A DNA stretch of 44,316 nucleotides from Gemmatimonadota bacterium (GTDB taxonomy: Bacteria > Gemmatimonadota > Gemmatimonadetes > Palauibacterales > KS3-K002): positions 1-44,316 of the forward strand of contig JBDHJS010000041.1 in NCBI GenBank assembly GCA_039586795.1, given 5' to 3'. Numbering within the stretch: position 1 is the first letter of the stretch; every line of letters starts with the position of its first letter. Made by a program: the position numbers and the translations under genes. The notes under the pieces were generated by a model. The model was not told where the DNA came from. It ran no database searches and saw only the letters and a program-made list of their open reading frames with translations. This document shows positions 18,764 to 27,085 of the stretch, piece by piece.

Positions 18764-20035
18764 CGACAAGAGAAAGACGAGCGTCACAATCGAAGCGGAG
18801 ACGATGAAGATCCGCGCGTCAAGCAGCCCATAGAGCAACCCACCCCCGAGCAGTCCAAAGATGCTGGCCACCGCGGCCACGCTTCCGGCGAAACCCTGTA
18901 CGGCGCCCTGGACATCTTCGTCCGTCGATTTAGAGATGATAGCAAGAAGTGAAGGCCACATGAGGCCGTTGCCCAACGCCAGCAACGCCGTACCGGCGAA
19001 GATGGCAAACGTGCTTCTCGATGTGAAAAAGAGGAAGCTGGCTGCTAGCAGCAGGCTTCCCGCAGAGACCAGCGTTCGGTCGGAAAGGCGCTTCGATGCT
19101 CTGCTCAAGACCGGTCCCTGGACGGTGACCATCACGAGACTCATGAAAGTGAAGAAGATACCGGTCTGGGTGAGAGACCAGTTTAGACTGGTGGCCGCGT
19201 GTATAGGGAACGCGATGTAGAAGAAGTTGAAGGCCAGGTATACCAGGAAGTAGAGCATCATCAAGAAGGCGACAGACGGCAGGCGAACGATCTCCAGGAA
19301 CGAAAGCCTGGGCGCCAGCACGCGCTTGTAGCAGTCTCGCTGCTCCTGGCCCATGAGCTTACGAACGCCTTCCCTCTCAGGGCTGACGTTCAGCACGCAT
19401 TGCTGCGAGTCGGGTAGCTTGAAGCCAATGATCAGCGTGGCGGCGAACGAGATCAGCAGCGCAGCCATGACCGGTGGTATCTCGCCGAGCACGGTGCCGC
19501 CGAGTACGCCGGCAATCGCCGGGCCGACGATGAAGCCCAGGTTTGCAGAGATCGCCATCTTCCCGAATGCCGCCGCCCGCTCGCTCTCCGACGTGACGTC
19601 GGCCAGGTACGCGTTGGCGACAGAGACGTTACCGCCGGTCAGCCCGTCCAACGCCCGGGCGAGAAACAGGGCGACCAGAGGCAGCGAAATGGTGAAAGCG
19701 CCGAGCGCCCTGGTGTCGGATTCCCAGAGCGTGGCCACGGGCAGCAAGAGCGCGAAGAGAAAGATGGCCCAGGAGATTAGCGTGCCGAGTTGACTGAGCA
19801 ACAGGATTCGGCGCCGACCGAAGCGATCCGACCAGCGACCGAGGATCGGCGCGCCGATGAGTTGGAAGAAAGAGTACGTGGCGCCCATCACTCCGTAGAT
19901 CAGAGCGTTTCCGCCCAACCGGGTCACGAGAAACACCAGAAACGGCAGAACGATGCTGAAGCCCAGCGTGCCGATGAAGTTCACCCAGAGGATGGGCGCG
20001 ATGGAGACGCGGGGTGCGGAGGTGGCTCGTTCCAT
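18701..20035 (-). CDS. MFS transporter (TetA/DHA1-like)
   Basis: GRWSDRFGRR motif A, RALDGLTGGN.SVANAYLAD, GFIVGPAIAG motif C; 63-bp convergent overlap with the permease. Confidence 0.88.
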   Translation of the reverse strand: MERATSAPRVSIAPILWVNFIGTLGFSIVLPFLVFLVTRLGGNALIYGVMGATYSFFQLIGAPILGRWSDRFGRRRILLLSQLGTLISWAIFLFALLLPVATLWESDTRALGAFTISLPLVALFLARALDGLTGGNVSVANAYLADVTSESERAAAFGKMAISANLGFIVGPAIAGVLGGTVLGEIPPVMAALLISFAATLIIGFKLPDSQQCVLNVSPEREGVRKLMGQEQRDCYKRVLAPRLSFLEIVRLPSVAFLMMLYFLVYLAFNFFYIAFPIHAATSLNWSLTQTGIFFTFMSLVMVTVQGPVLSRASKRLSDRTLVSAGSLLLAASFLFFTSRSTFAIFAGTALLALGNGLMWPSLLAIISKSTDEDVQGAVQGFAGSVAAVASIFGLLGGGLLYGLLDARIFIVSASIVTLVFLLSLRPHAAAAPLVPNIDRDPGQ

Positions 20036-20153
20036 CGATCAGTCGTTGGGCACGTTGTTTCGCATAGCTACCGTCTTGACAGCGGTTTCCATACCTGTTC
20101 TCGTGTCGCGGGGGCTGGATACGAAGCTCTAACGCTAGCGCAGAGGAGGGTTG

Positions 20154-20429
20154 ATGGCCAGTTGCGAGCACGTTGATCAGATTCAGGACGTCACACCTAA
20201 CACGCAGGGATGCGAGGCGTGCCTGGAGATGGGCGACCGATGGGTACACCTTCGGGTATGCCTGATCTGCGGGCATGTGGGCTGCTGCGACCAATCGATC
20301 AACAAGCACGCCACCAAACACTTCAGGGCAACAGGCCACCCGATCATGCAGTCGTTTGAGCCCGGCGAGGAATGGGCTTGGTGCTACGTTGATGAAAGAC
20401 CGGTTAGAGTTGGGCCGGGGTTGCGTTGA
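20154..20429 (+). CDS. UBP-type zinc finger protein
   Basis: CEH, CEAC, WVHLRVCLICGHVGCCD, HATKH, WCYVD; SD GAGGAGG. Confidence 0.92.
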   Translation: MASCEHVDQIQDVTPNTQGCEACLEMGDRWVHLRVCLICGHVGCCDQSINKHATKHFRATGHPIMQSFEPGEEWAWCYVDERPVRVGPGLR

Positions 20430-20440
20430 TGGATTTGACT

Positions 20441-20497
20441 ATTTCGATAGCCGACAGCGGACAAGCCGGCGCTCGACGACCGAATCCTATTCGGCGA
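20441..20497 (+). repeat. Dispersed intergenic repeat, copy 1
   Basis: ATTTCGATAGCCGACAGCGGACAAGCCGGCGCTCGACGACCGAATCCTATTCGGCGA; near-identical copy at 43840-43895. Confidence 0.75.
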
Positions 20498-20576
20498 GAA
20501 GTTTACTTAGCGGTCCAGCGGCGGCTGTCCGCTGTCCGCTGTCTCAATCCCGGTTCCTATTCCCCTAGTCCTATTC

Positions 20577-22031
20577 CTATTCCTTCTCCGGAACTGGCGG
20601 TACTTGATCCACCGGAATCGGCGAGCGATAGGCTTCTCCGCCCGTAGCTTCCTCGAAGAAGGCCTGGGCGCGCTCCATCAGGTCGGCGTCCATCAGCATG
20701 TCGATGCCGGTGAGGGCCAACACCCTGGCGGCGACCTCGGCGGCGCGCACGGCGCCGTCAGTGCCGTGAGACGCGGCGGTGGCCCAGGAGTGCCAGGGGA
20801 CGTCGGCAGCGGCTGAGGTGACGCGGACGCTAACGGTCGGGGTGATGTAGGATACTTCTGCCACATCGGTGGAGCCGCCGGAGACCGGCTCGGGCTCGTC
20901 GGCAAGGGGCTTGATCTCGATGTCCAGCCCCTTCTCCTCGAGATCGAGGGAGCGCTGAAGTTCGCGGGCGAAGGCCTGGTCGGCCTCGCTGAATTGGGGC
21001 GCGCCGACGTAGTCGAGGTTCGCCTGCATCGCTTCTTGCAGAGGTCGGTTGAGCAGCGTCTCGTGAACGCCGGTGATTAGCATCACCTGGTGCGTCGTGC
21101 GCGTCGCCATCGCCGCACCCTCGGCGATCCTGAGAATCCAGTTGTAGTACTCGTCGACCGTCTCCCGGTCGGCCTCCCGAACGTAGTACCACACCTTGGC
21201 GTACTCGGGGACCACGTTGGGCGCGTCGCCGCCCGACGGAATCACGTAGTGGATGCGAGCCGTCGGTCGAATGTGCTCCCGCATGAGGTTCACGCCGTAG
21301 TTCATCATCTCCACGGCGTCCAGCGAGCTGCGACCGTTCCAGGGGTCGCCGGCGCCGTGCGCGGCCTGGCCGAAGAACTCGACGGTGAAGTTGTTCAGCG
21401 CTCGACCGGGTTGGTTGCGGACGCCGGTCTCCTGGCTGGGGTGCCAGTCGAGCACGCCATCTAACCCGTCGAAGATACCCGCCTTCGCCATGTAGACCTT
21501 GCCGACCACTGTCTCCTCGGCCGGAGTGCCGAACAGCTTAACGGTACCTCTGATGCCGTGCTTCTCCATCGTTCGCTTGAGGGCGATGGCGGCGCCCACG
21601 GAGCCGGCACCGAACAGATTATGACCGCAGCCCTGGCCGCTGGTCACGCCGTCCTCCCGAGCCTGGCGATGAGGTACGGCCGCGTTGCCCACGCCGGGCA
21701 GGGCATCGAACTCAGCGAGTACGCCGATGGCCGGCGAGCCGCTGCCCCAGGTGGCGACAAACGCGGTCGGCATATCGGCTACGCCTCGGTCCACCGTGAA
21801 GCCCTCGTCTTCCAGAACGGCGGCGAGGAACTCGGCGGACTGCGCCTCGAACATCGCGATCTCCGAGTAGTCCCACAGCTTCGCCGCCATGAGGTGAATC
21901 TCGGACGAGAGGCGATCGACCTCATCAAGGGCGGTCTGCTTTTCCGGCGTCAACGTCTGAGCGAACAGCGGGCCGCCGCTGGCAATGGCGAGGACTACGA
22001 ACAGCGATCTGATGGCCTGGCGTGCGATCAT
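20577..22031 (-). CDS. Secreted M20 family amidohydrolase (AbgB-like)
   Basis: True start MIARQ at 22031 with SD GGAGG; signal peptide; AEFDALPG, GCGHN, GTPAEE, WHP, GGSTDV, PWHSW. Confidence 0.9.
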   Translation of the reverse strand: MIARQAIRSLFVVLAIASGGPLFAQTLTPEKQTALDEVDRLSSEIHLMAAKLWDYSEIAMFEAQSAEFLAAVLEDEGFTVDRGVADMPTAFVATWGSGSPAIGVLAEFDALPGVGNAAVPHRQAREDGVTSGQGCGHNLFGAGSVGAAIALKRTMEKHGIRGTVKLFGTPAEETVVGKVYMAKAGIFDGLDGVLDWHPSQETGVRNQPGRALNNFTVEFFGQAAHGAGDPWNGRSSLDAVEMMNYGVNLMREHIRPTARIHYVIPSGGDAPNVVPEYAKVWYYVREADRETVDEYYNWILRIAEGAAMATRTTHQVMLITGVHETLLNRPLQEAMQANLDYVGAPQFSEADQAFARELQRSLDLEEKGLDIEIKPLADEPEPVSGGSTDVAEVSYITPTVSVRVTSAAADVPWHSWATAASHGTDGAVRAAEVAARVLALTGIDMLMDADLMERAQAFFEEATGGEAYRSPIPVDQVPPVPEKE

Positions 22032-22127
22032 CGTGGATTCCCTCCTGGCACGAGAGTGCGACCTTGTCGGACCGATGGCGGGAATCATATTGTAGTCGGC
22101 CTCTTCACACCAGAACCGGGAAAGACC

Positions 22128-23732
22128 ATGATCAGATCGAGATTCGTCCCGAAGCTGTTGTTCGCCACCATACTCGCTCTCTCGTCGCCGGGATCTCTGC
22201 CGGGACAGGATGGAGCTAGTTCCGCCGACCTCATGACGAGGCCGGAGCGGACTGGATTCGAGGAAACGAGTCGCTACGCCGACGTGATGAAGTTCGTCAA
22301 GCAAGTTTCGTCGCAAGCGCCCTGGATCCACCTGACGACGATGGGCTACACGCTGGAGGGACGATCGCTGCCGCTGGTCGTGGTTGGCGATGTCGCGGAC
22401 GCGAGCCCGGAGGCGGTTCTGGCCTCGGGGAAACTGCGCCTGTACATAGGCGCGAACATCCATGCGGGCGAGGTGTGCGGCAAAGAGGCGATGTTGATGT
22501 TGCTCCGCGAGCTGGCCAACGGCTCGCACGCGGAGTGGCGGGAATCGATGGTCTTGCTCATCGCCCCGATCTACAACGCGGATGGTAACGAGCGGATCAG
22601 CCTGACCAATCGCCGAGGCCAGCACGGACCCCTCGCCGGGATGGGGCAGCGCGCGAACGCCCAGGGGCTGGACCTGAATCGGGACAACATGAAACTGGAG
22701 TCGCCCGAGGCGCGATCGATGGTGGCAGCGTGGAAGCGGTACGATCCCCACATCATAATGGACCTGCACACGACGAACGGGACGCGCCACGCTTACTTCG
22801 CGACCTACGCGCCGCCGCTGCATCCGAACACGGAAGCTGGGATCATCGATCTGGCGCGTGGGGACATGTTGCCAGAGGTCACCCGAGCGCTGAAGGCGAA
22901 GTACGATTGGGATTACTACTACTACGGCAACCTGCCATGGCGCGGCATGGACGTCGAGCGCGGTTGGTACACGTTCAGTCATCAGCCGCGGTTCCTGACA
23001 AACTACGTGGGTATGCGGAACCGCATCGGACTGCTCAGTGAAGCCTACTCTTACGCGACGTTCGAAGATCGCATACAGGCCAGTAAGCGACTTGTAGAAG
23101 AGGTGGCCAACTACGCCCACGACAACGCTCATCAGATCGCGCGGGCGATCCAGCAGGCGGACGAGACAAACATCGTCGGCCAGACGCAGGCGCTGCGCGC
23201 CACGTTCGAGAAGGCGCCCGAGCCTGTGGAGATCTTGATGGGCGATGTGGCCATGGAGCGGAACCCGTACTCTGGGCAGCCGCTGCTGCGGCGATTGGAT
23301 GTGCGGGAGCCGGAGATGATGGCTGAATTCGGCACGTTCGCGGGGACGGAGACCGAGACCGTGCCGGAGGCGTACCTGATACCGGGGAATCTCAGGAACG
23401 TGCTGAACGTGTTGGCCGATCACGGCGTGGAGTGGACGGTCTTGGAGGCGGATGAATCTATGGTGGTAGAGCGATTTGCCATCGATTCGACGCGGACGTC
23501 TCAGCGGGAATACCAGGGGCACAATCAACGGACGGTATTTGGGGAGTACGAACGGGTTGAGGTTAGTGTCGCTGCTGGGACGGTGGTGGTGCCGGTGGAG
23601 CAGGCGTTGGGGAGGTTGATCTTCTTGTTGTTGGAGCCGCGTTCGGATGATGGGCTCTTGAATTGGAACTTCTTTGATGGCGTTTTGGAGGAGGAGCCCG
23701 AATTCTATCCGGTCACGCGAGTGCGCGGTTGA
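22128..23732 (+). CDS. Secreted M14 family zinc carboxypeptidase
   Basis: Start MIRSRF at 22128; signal peptide; IHAGE, NADG, DLNRD, DLHTTNG motifs. Confidence 0.9.
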   Translation: MIRSRFVPKLLFATILALSSPGSLPGQDGASSADLMTRPERTGFEETSRYADVMKFVKQVSSQAPWIHLTTMGYTLEGRSLPLVVVGDVADASPEAVLASGKLRLYIGANIHAGEVCGKEAMLMLLRELANGSHAEWRESMVLLIAPIYNADGNERISLTNRRGQHGPLAGMGQRANAQGLDLNRDNMKLESPEARSMVAAWKRYDPHIIMDLHTTNGTRHAYFATYAPPLHPNTEAGIIDLARGDMLPEVTRALKAKYDWDYYYYGNLPWRGMDVERGWYTFSHQPRFLTNYVGMRNRIGLLSEAYSYATFEDRIQASKRLVEEVANYAHDNAHQIARAIQQADETNIVGQTQALRATFEKAPEPVEILMGDVAMERNPYSGQPLLRRLDVREPEMMAEFGTFAGTETETVPEAYLIPGNLRNVLNVLADHGVEWTVLEADESMVVERFAIDSTRTSQREYQGHNQRTVFGEYERVEVSVAAGTVVVPVEQALGRLIFLLLEPRSDDGLLNWNFFDGVLEEEPEFYPVTRVRG

Positions 23733-23812
23733 ACATTGATCATGGCACATCCATCATGGAACACTTTTGGTAGCGTTCCGTGATGGATGTACCGTGCATG
23801 CCCAATGTTCAA
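23729..23812. repeat. Long imperfect inverted repeat made of degenerate heptamers between convergent genes
   Basis: TTGAACA TTGATCA TGGCACA TCCATCA TGGAACA pairs with CGTTCCG TGATGGA TGTACCG ... TGCCCAA TGTTCAA. Confidence 0.7.
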
Positions 23813-25839
23813 TGTGCACTTCGCCAGTCCCAGTGGTCGCCAGCCCGCCGGATAACCCACACAACATCCTCTTCTAGTAGCACTCTCTGCTCGACCAGCG
23901 ACACCGCTGCCCGCTCGACCTCTCTGAGATAGTGCTCCTTGCTGTCGTAAAGGCTTTCGATGCTCGGGCGCGGATCGTTGGTGGCCTGTCGCTCCGCTTC
24001 CGTCTTTGGCAGCGGGACGTACGTGCCCAGGAAATCGGTGAGCTCGTCGGTGCCGCCGGGATAGCCGATTCGCAGGTTCCACGGCAGGTACGTGGCGATG
24101 GGCGCCAGGATTTCGATCGCGCGCAGACCGGCGACCTCGTTCCCAAGCTCGTCCACTTGCGACACCAGCGAAGGGAAGGGGACGCCAAGTGTGGGTGGCT
24201 CGACGTCGATGATCCCCTCCGTCCACCACCGGGGTCCGTAGCCGACGCGGTAGGCTTCGTGGATCACGTCGGGATACTCGACGCCATCGATGCTCGGAAA
24301 GGCGACCTGATCGATGGGGACCAGGTTGCCATCGGCGAGTCGGGGATGAGCGCTGGGCGGCGGCTCGGTCCCATCGCTAACCCATTCTACCATTCGAACC
24401 AGCAAGGCCCGCATGGTCACCAGGAAGTTCAACGGGTTGCCGCGGTAAGCGCTATCATCCGACATCACGCTTTGATCGGGCGGCGGAAAGCGCCCGACGA
24501 AATGCTGGCCGCTGGCCAAGTGGTAGATCCTCTCGTTCGGATACAACTCTACATCGCGCTGGCCGTCGACGCTGACGTGCAATAGTGCCGCGGCGCGACC
24601 CCAGTACTCGTAGCCGGTGTTCGTGTAGAAGATCTTCGGCAGGTTCTCGTCCACGAACTGGTGGGCGAAGAGGCCGTCGGTGCGTCCGGTTTGCCAGTCG
24701 GTCTGCGTGCGGCTGGTGAACGGGAAGATGTCGGTCGGATAGAAGAACGCTGAATAGCGATGCGCATCGCGAGATGGCTGGGCGAAGCGATGGTTGAAGC
24801 TGCCCCGGCCGGCTCCGGCCGTGTGCACCATCACGCCGTCCAGAGCTTTGCGGCCTTCCTCGTCGGTGTTGAAGCCCTGGTAGATGTAGTGACGGAGAAA
24901 GCGCCCGGTCTGTGAGATGCCGATCGCGACGCCGTGGTCAACGGGAAACGGGCTGGAGGGATCGTACTTGGCGTACGATATCATGTCGCGGATCGCAGCG
25001 GGTCCGAGCCCAACGATCTTGGGGTCGGCCGCTGGGTAGACCAGCTCGTAGATCTTGCCGGGCTGAAAACCGGCTCTCATGAAGATGTGGGTCCGGTCAT
25101 CGACGACGTCGCCCTCCTCAACGCGACCAAAGCTCCACTCGCTCCGCGGCACGATACGGCGTTCGGCCAAACGACCGTCACGCTCCGTAAGCATCACCCG
25201 GGGGCTGTCTTTGTCTAGAACCGGGTAAGCGAGGTGGTTGCGGTGAGCGAGGTCGAGGACGTTGGTCGGCCGATCGACGGTCCAATCGGCTCGTACGACG
25301 CCGACGATCGGCTCGCCGTTTTCGCCCGAGGCCGCCGGAACGTGGAGGCGGAGCCGGCCCTCCTGCTGCGGGACGTCCCATTGCCATCCCACCCAGATGA
25401 CGGTGAGCCCGAGCCGCATGAGCAGTCCGTCGCCGAAGTGCTCGGCATCAGTAGGGTCGAAGCCGCCCGCGGTCGCCCGGTTGAAGTAACGGAGCGAGGC
25501 CTTGCCACCGCGGTTGCTGACTTCGAGCAGGGCGACGTTTCCGGCGGTCGGGTTCACGGGTCGCAGTACTGTGAAGTTCGCCCACGCTTCGACCAGCCCG
25601 TCGGCGTTACGCGGTGCCAGCTTCAGGTCTACGATCCGGGAGTTGTACGGGTTGTCGGGATCGAAGACGAAGTACACCTTGCCGACGAGCTTCTCGTACG
25701 GACCGATGATGCCGAACGACCGTCCGTCCAGAATGACTTCGCGGCTTTCGATCTCGACGCGAACGACTTTGGCCGATGCTATAGTCGTACAAAAGAGTAG
25801 CGCAAGAAGAAGCGCGACTGGTTTGTAGAGGCGTGTCAT
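23809..25839 (-). CDS. Secreted alpha/beta hydrolase domain protein (large Abhydrolase_10/tannase-like family)
   Basis: Start MTRLYK at 25839; signal peptide ending ASA; NRG, WVGWQWD, GISQTGRFLR nucleophile elbow, EYWGR, RPSIESLY. Confidence 0.8.
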   Translation of the reverse strand: MTRLYKPVALLLALLFCTTIASAKVVRVEIESREVILDGRSFGIIGPYEKLVGKVYFVFDPDNPYNSRIVDLKLAPRNADGLVEAWANFTVLRPVNPTAGNVALLEVSNRGGKASLRYFNRATAGGFDPTDAEHFGDGLLMRLGLTVIWVGWQWDVPQQEGRLRLHVPAASGENGEPIVGVVRADWTVDRPTNVLDLAHRNHLAYPVLDKDSPRVMLTERDGRLAERRIVPRSEWSFGRVEEGDVVDDRTHIFMRAGFQPGKIYELVYPAADPKIVGLGPAAIRDMISYAKYDPSSPFPVDHGVAIGISQTGRFLRHYIYQGFNTDEEGRKALDGVMVHTAGAGRGSFNHRFAQPSRDAHRYSAFFYPTDIFPFTSRTQTDWQTGRTDGLFAHQFVDENLPKIFYTNTGYEYWGRAAALLHVSVDGQRDVELYPNERIYHLASGQHFVGRFPPPDQSVMSDDSAYRGNPLNFLVTMRALLVRMVEWVSDGTEPPPSAHPRLADGNLVPIDQVAFPSIDGVEYPDVIHEAYRVGYGPRWWTEGIIDVEPPTLGVPFPSLVSQVDELGNEVAGLRAIEILAPIATYLPWNLRIGYPGGTDELTDFLGTYVPLPKTEAERQATNDPRPSIESLYDSKEHYLREVERAAVSLVEQRVLLEEDVVWVIRRAGDHWDWRSAH

Positions 25840-25905
25840 GAGGAGGTTCCTTCCGTGTTGGGTTGGGGCGGGGATAAGATTGGAGCGATTGGGGTGAGAC
25901 GCAAG

Positions 25906-25947
25906 TTGAACATTGAACATTGGACATGGTACATTGGTCACGGAACA
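25906..25947. repeat. Six degenerate tandem heptamers (TTGAACA family)
   Basis: TTGAACA TTGAACA TTGGACA TGGTACA TTGGTCA CGGAACA. Confidence 0.7.
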
Positions 25948-25992
25948 ACGACGTTCGGCTTCAGTGTTTGCGTGCTCTGAGAAGATGATAGC

Positions 25993-26367
25993 GTGCTCTA
26001 TAGACTAGCAGCCGATGCGGTAGTCTTAATCCACCTCGCGTTTGTGGTCTTCGTCGTCGCCGGGGCGCTGTTGGTACTGCGCTGGCCGCGCATCGCCTGG
26101 GTACACGTACCGGCTTTCGTTTGGGGAGCGCTGATCGAATTCGCGGGTTGGATTTGCCCGCTGACGCCGCTGGAGAACCGTCTGCGGATCAGTGGAGGAG
26201 CGGCAGGATACGAGGGCGGGTTCGTCGAGCACTACGTCATCCCCATCCTGTATCCGGGGAACTTGACGCGGGCCCTGCAGATCGGGCTCGGCGTTGCGGT
26301 CGTCTTGATCAACGCAGGTGTCTACGGCTGGCTGTTGATGCGCAGAGCACGGGCCGGAACCCAATAG
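25993..26367 (+). CDS. DUF2784 family membrane protein
   Basis: LAADAVVLIHLAFVVFV, CPLTPLENRLR, GFVEHY...LYP. Confidence 0.9.
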   Translation: MLYRLAADAVVLIHLAFVVFVVAGALLVLRWPRIAWVHVPAFVWGALIEFAGWICPLTPLENRLRISGGAAGYEGGFVEHYVIPILYPGNLTRALQIGLGVAVVLINAGVYGWLLMRRARAGTQ

Positions 26368-26385
26368 GGGGCAGCGAGGCGAGTC

Positions 26386-27075
26386 ATGTTCACGGGTGAC
26401 GCTGGCCAGCTCGATCGGACGGTCCGGCTGTATGTGTACGGTCATTTTCTCGAGCACGGCGGGCCTCCGGAAGCGGGTCAGATTGCCGAAGCGCTCCACG
26501 CGACGAAGAGCGCGGTTCGAGCTTCGCTCCATCGACTGGCCAGCGATCATATCCTGGTCATTTCCCCCGAAAGCGGTGCAATTCTGATGGCGATGCCGTT
26601 CTCGGCTTCACCGACGGCATTCGAGGTTCGCGTTGCCGAAAGCAGCTGGTGGGCGAACTGTGCATGGGATGCGTTGGGGATTCCGGCGATGCTGAACTGC
26701 GATGCCCGGATACGTGCGTCGTGCCCCGATTGCGGGGAAGAGCTTTCCATTGAGGTCGAGGACGGTACAGTCAAAGATAACGGCGAGATCATTCACTTCG
26801 CCGTGCCGGCCGCTCATTGGTGGGACGATATCTTCTTCACTTGAGGGACCATTCTACTCTTCCGGTCGGAAGAGCATGTGGACCGCTGGTGCGAGGAGCG
26901 GCGGATGCTGCGCGGCGCCACTGTGACACTCGAAACAGTCTGGCGAATGGCGCAGGTTTGGTACCACGATCGTTTGCGGCCTGAATGGCGGCGGAAGACG
27001 CCGGAGGAGGTGGGGGCGTTCTTTGCCGAACTCGGTCTCAGCTCAGATTTCTGGAAGTTGACGAGGAAGACTTAG
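26386..27075 (+). CDS. MerB-like (organomercurial lyase family) protein; predicted selenoprotein with Sec at codon 153
   Basis: ORFs 26386-26844 and 26878-27075 are in the same frame, separated only by TGA 26842-26844; wHTH-like N-terminus, MPFS, NCAWDA, CPDC, WWDDIFFT-U-GTILLFRSEEHVDRW; SECIS-like hairpin follows. Confidence 0.8.
26845..26884 (+). promoter_or_regulatory. Putative bacterial SECIS element
   Basis: CTCTTCC-GGTC-GGAAGAG perfect 7-bp stem (26857-26874); apical loop begins with G, 19 nt after the UGA. Confidence 0.72.
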
Positions 27076-27085
27076 CGGGTAGCGA

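Noticed and set aside
20577..23750. 1057-aa minus-strand ORF and 724-aa plus-strand ORF (21558-23732) overlapping extensively
   Set aside because: The N-terminal extensions are antisense shadows of the opposite genes in GC-rich DNA; real starts with signal peptides are at 22031 (-) and 22128 (+)
23729..25947. CRISPR-like array
   Set aside because: Units are 7 bp, degenerate and lack unique spacers; no cas genes
26386..27075. Pseudogene or two separate genes
   Set aside because: A single in-frame TGA at a predicted Cys position with a SECIS-like stem is better explained by Sec recoding
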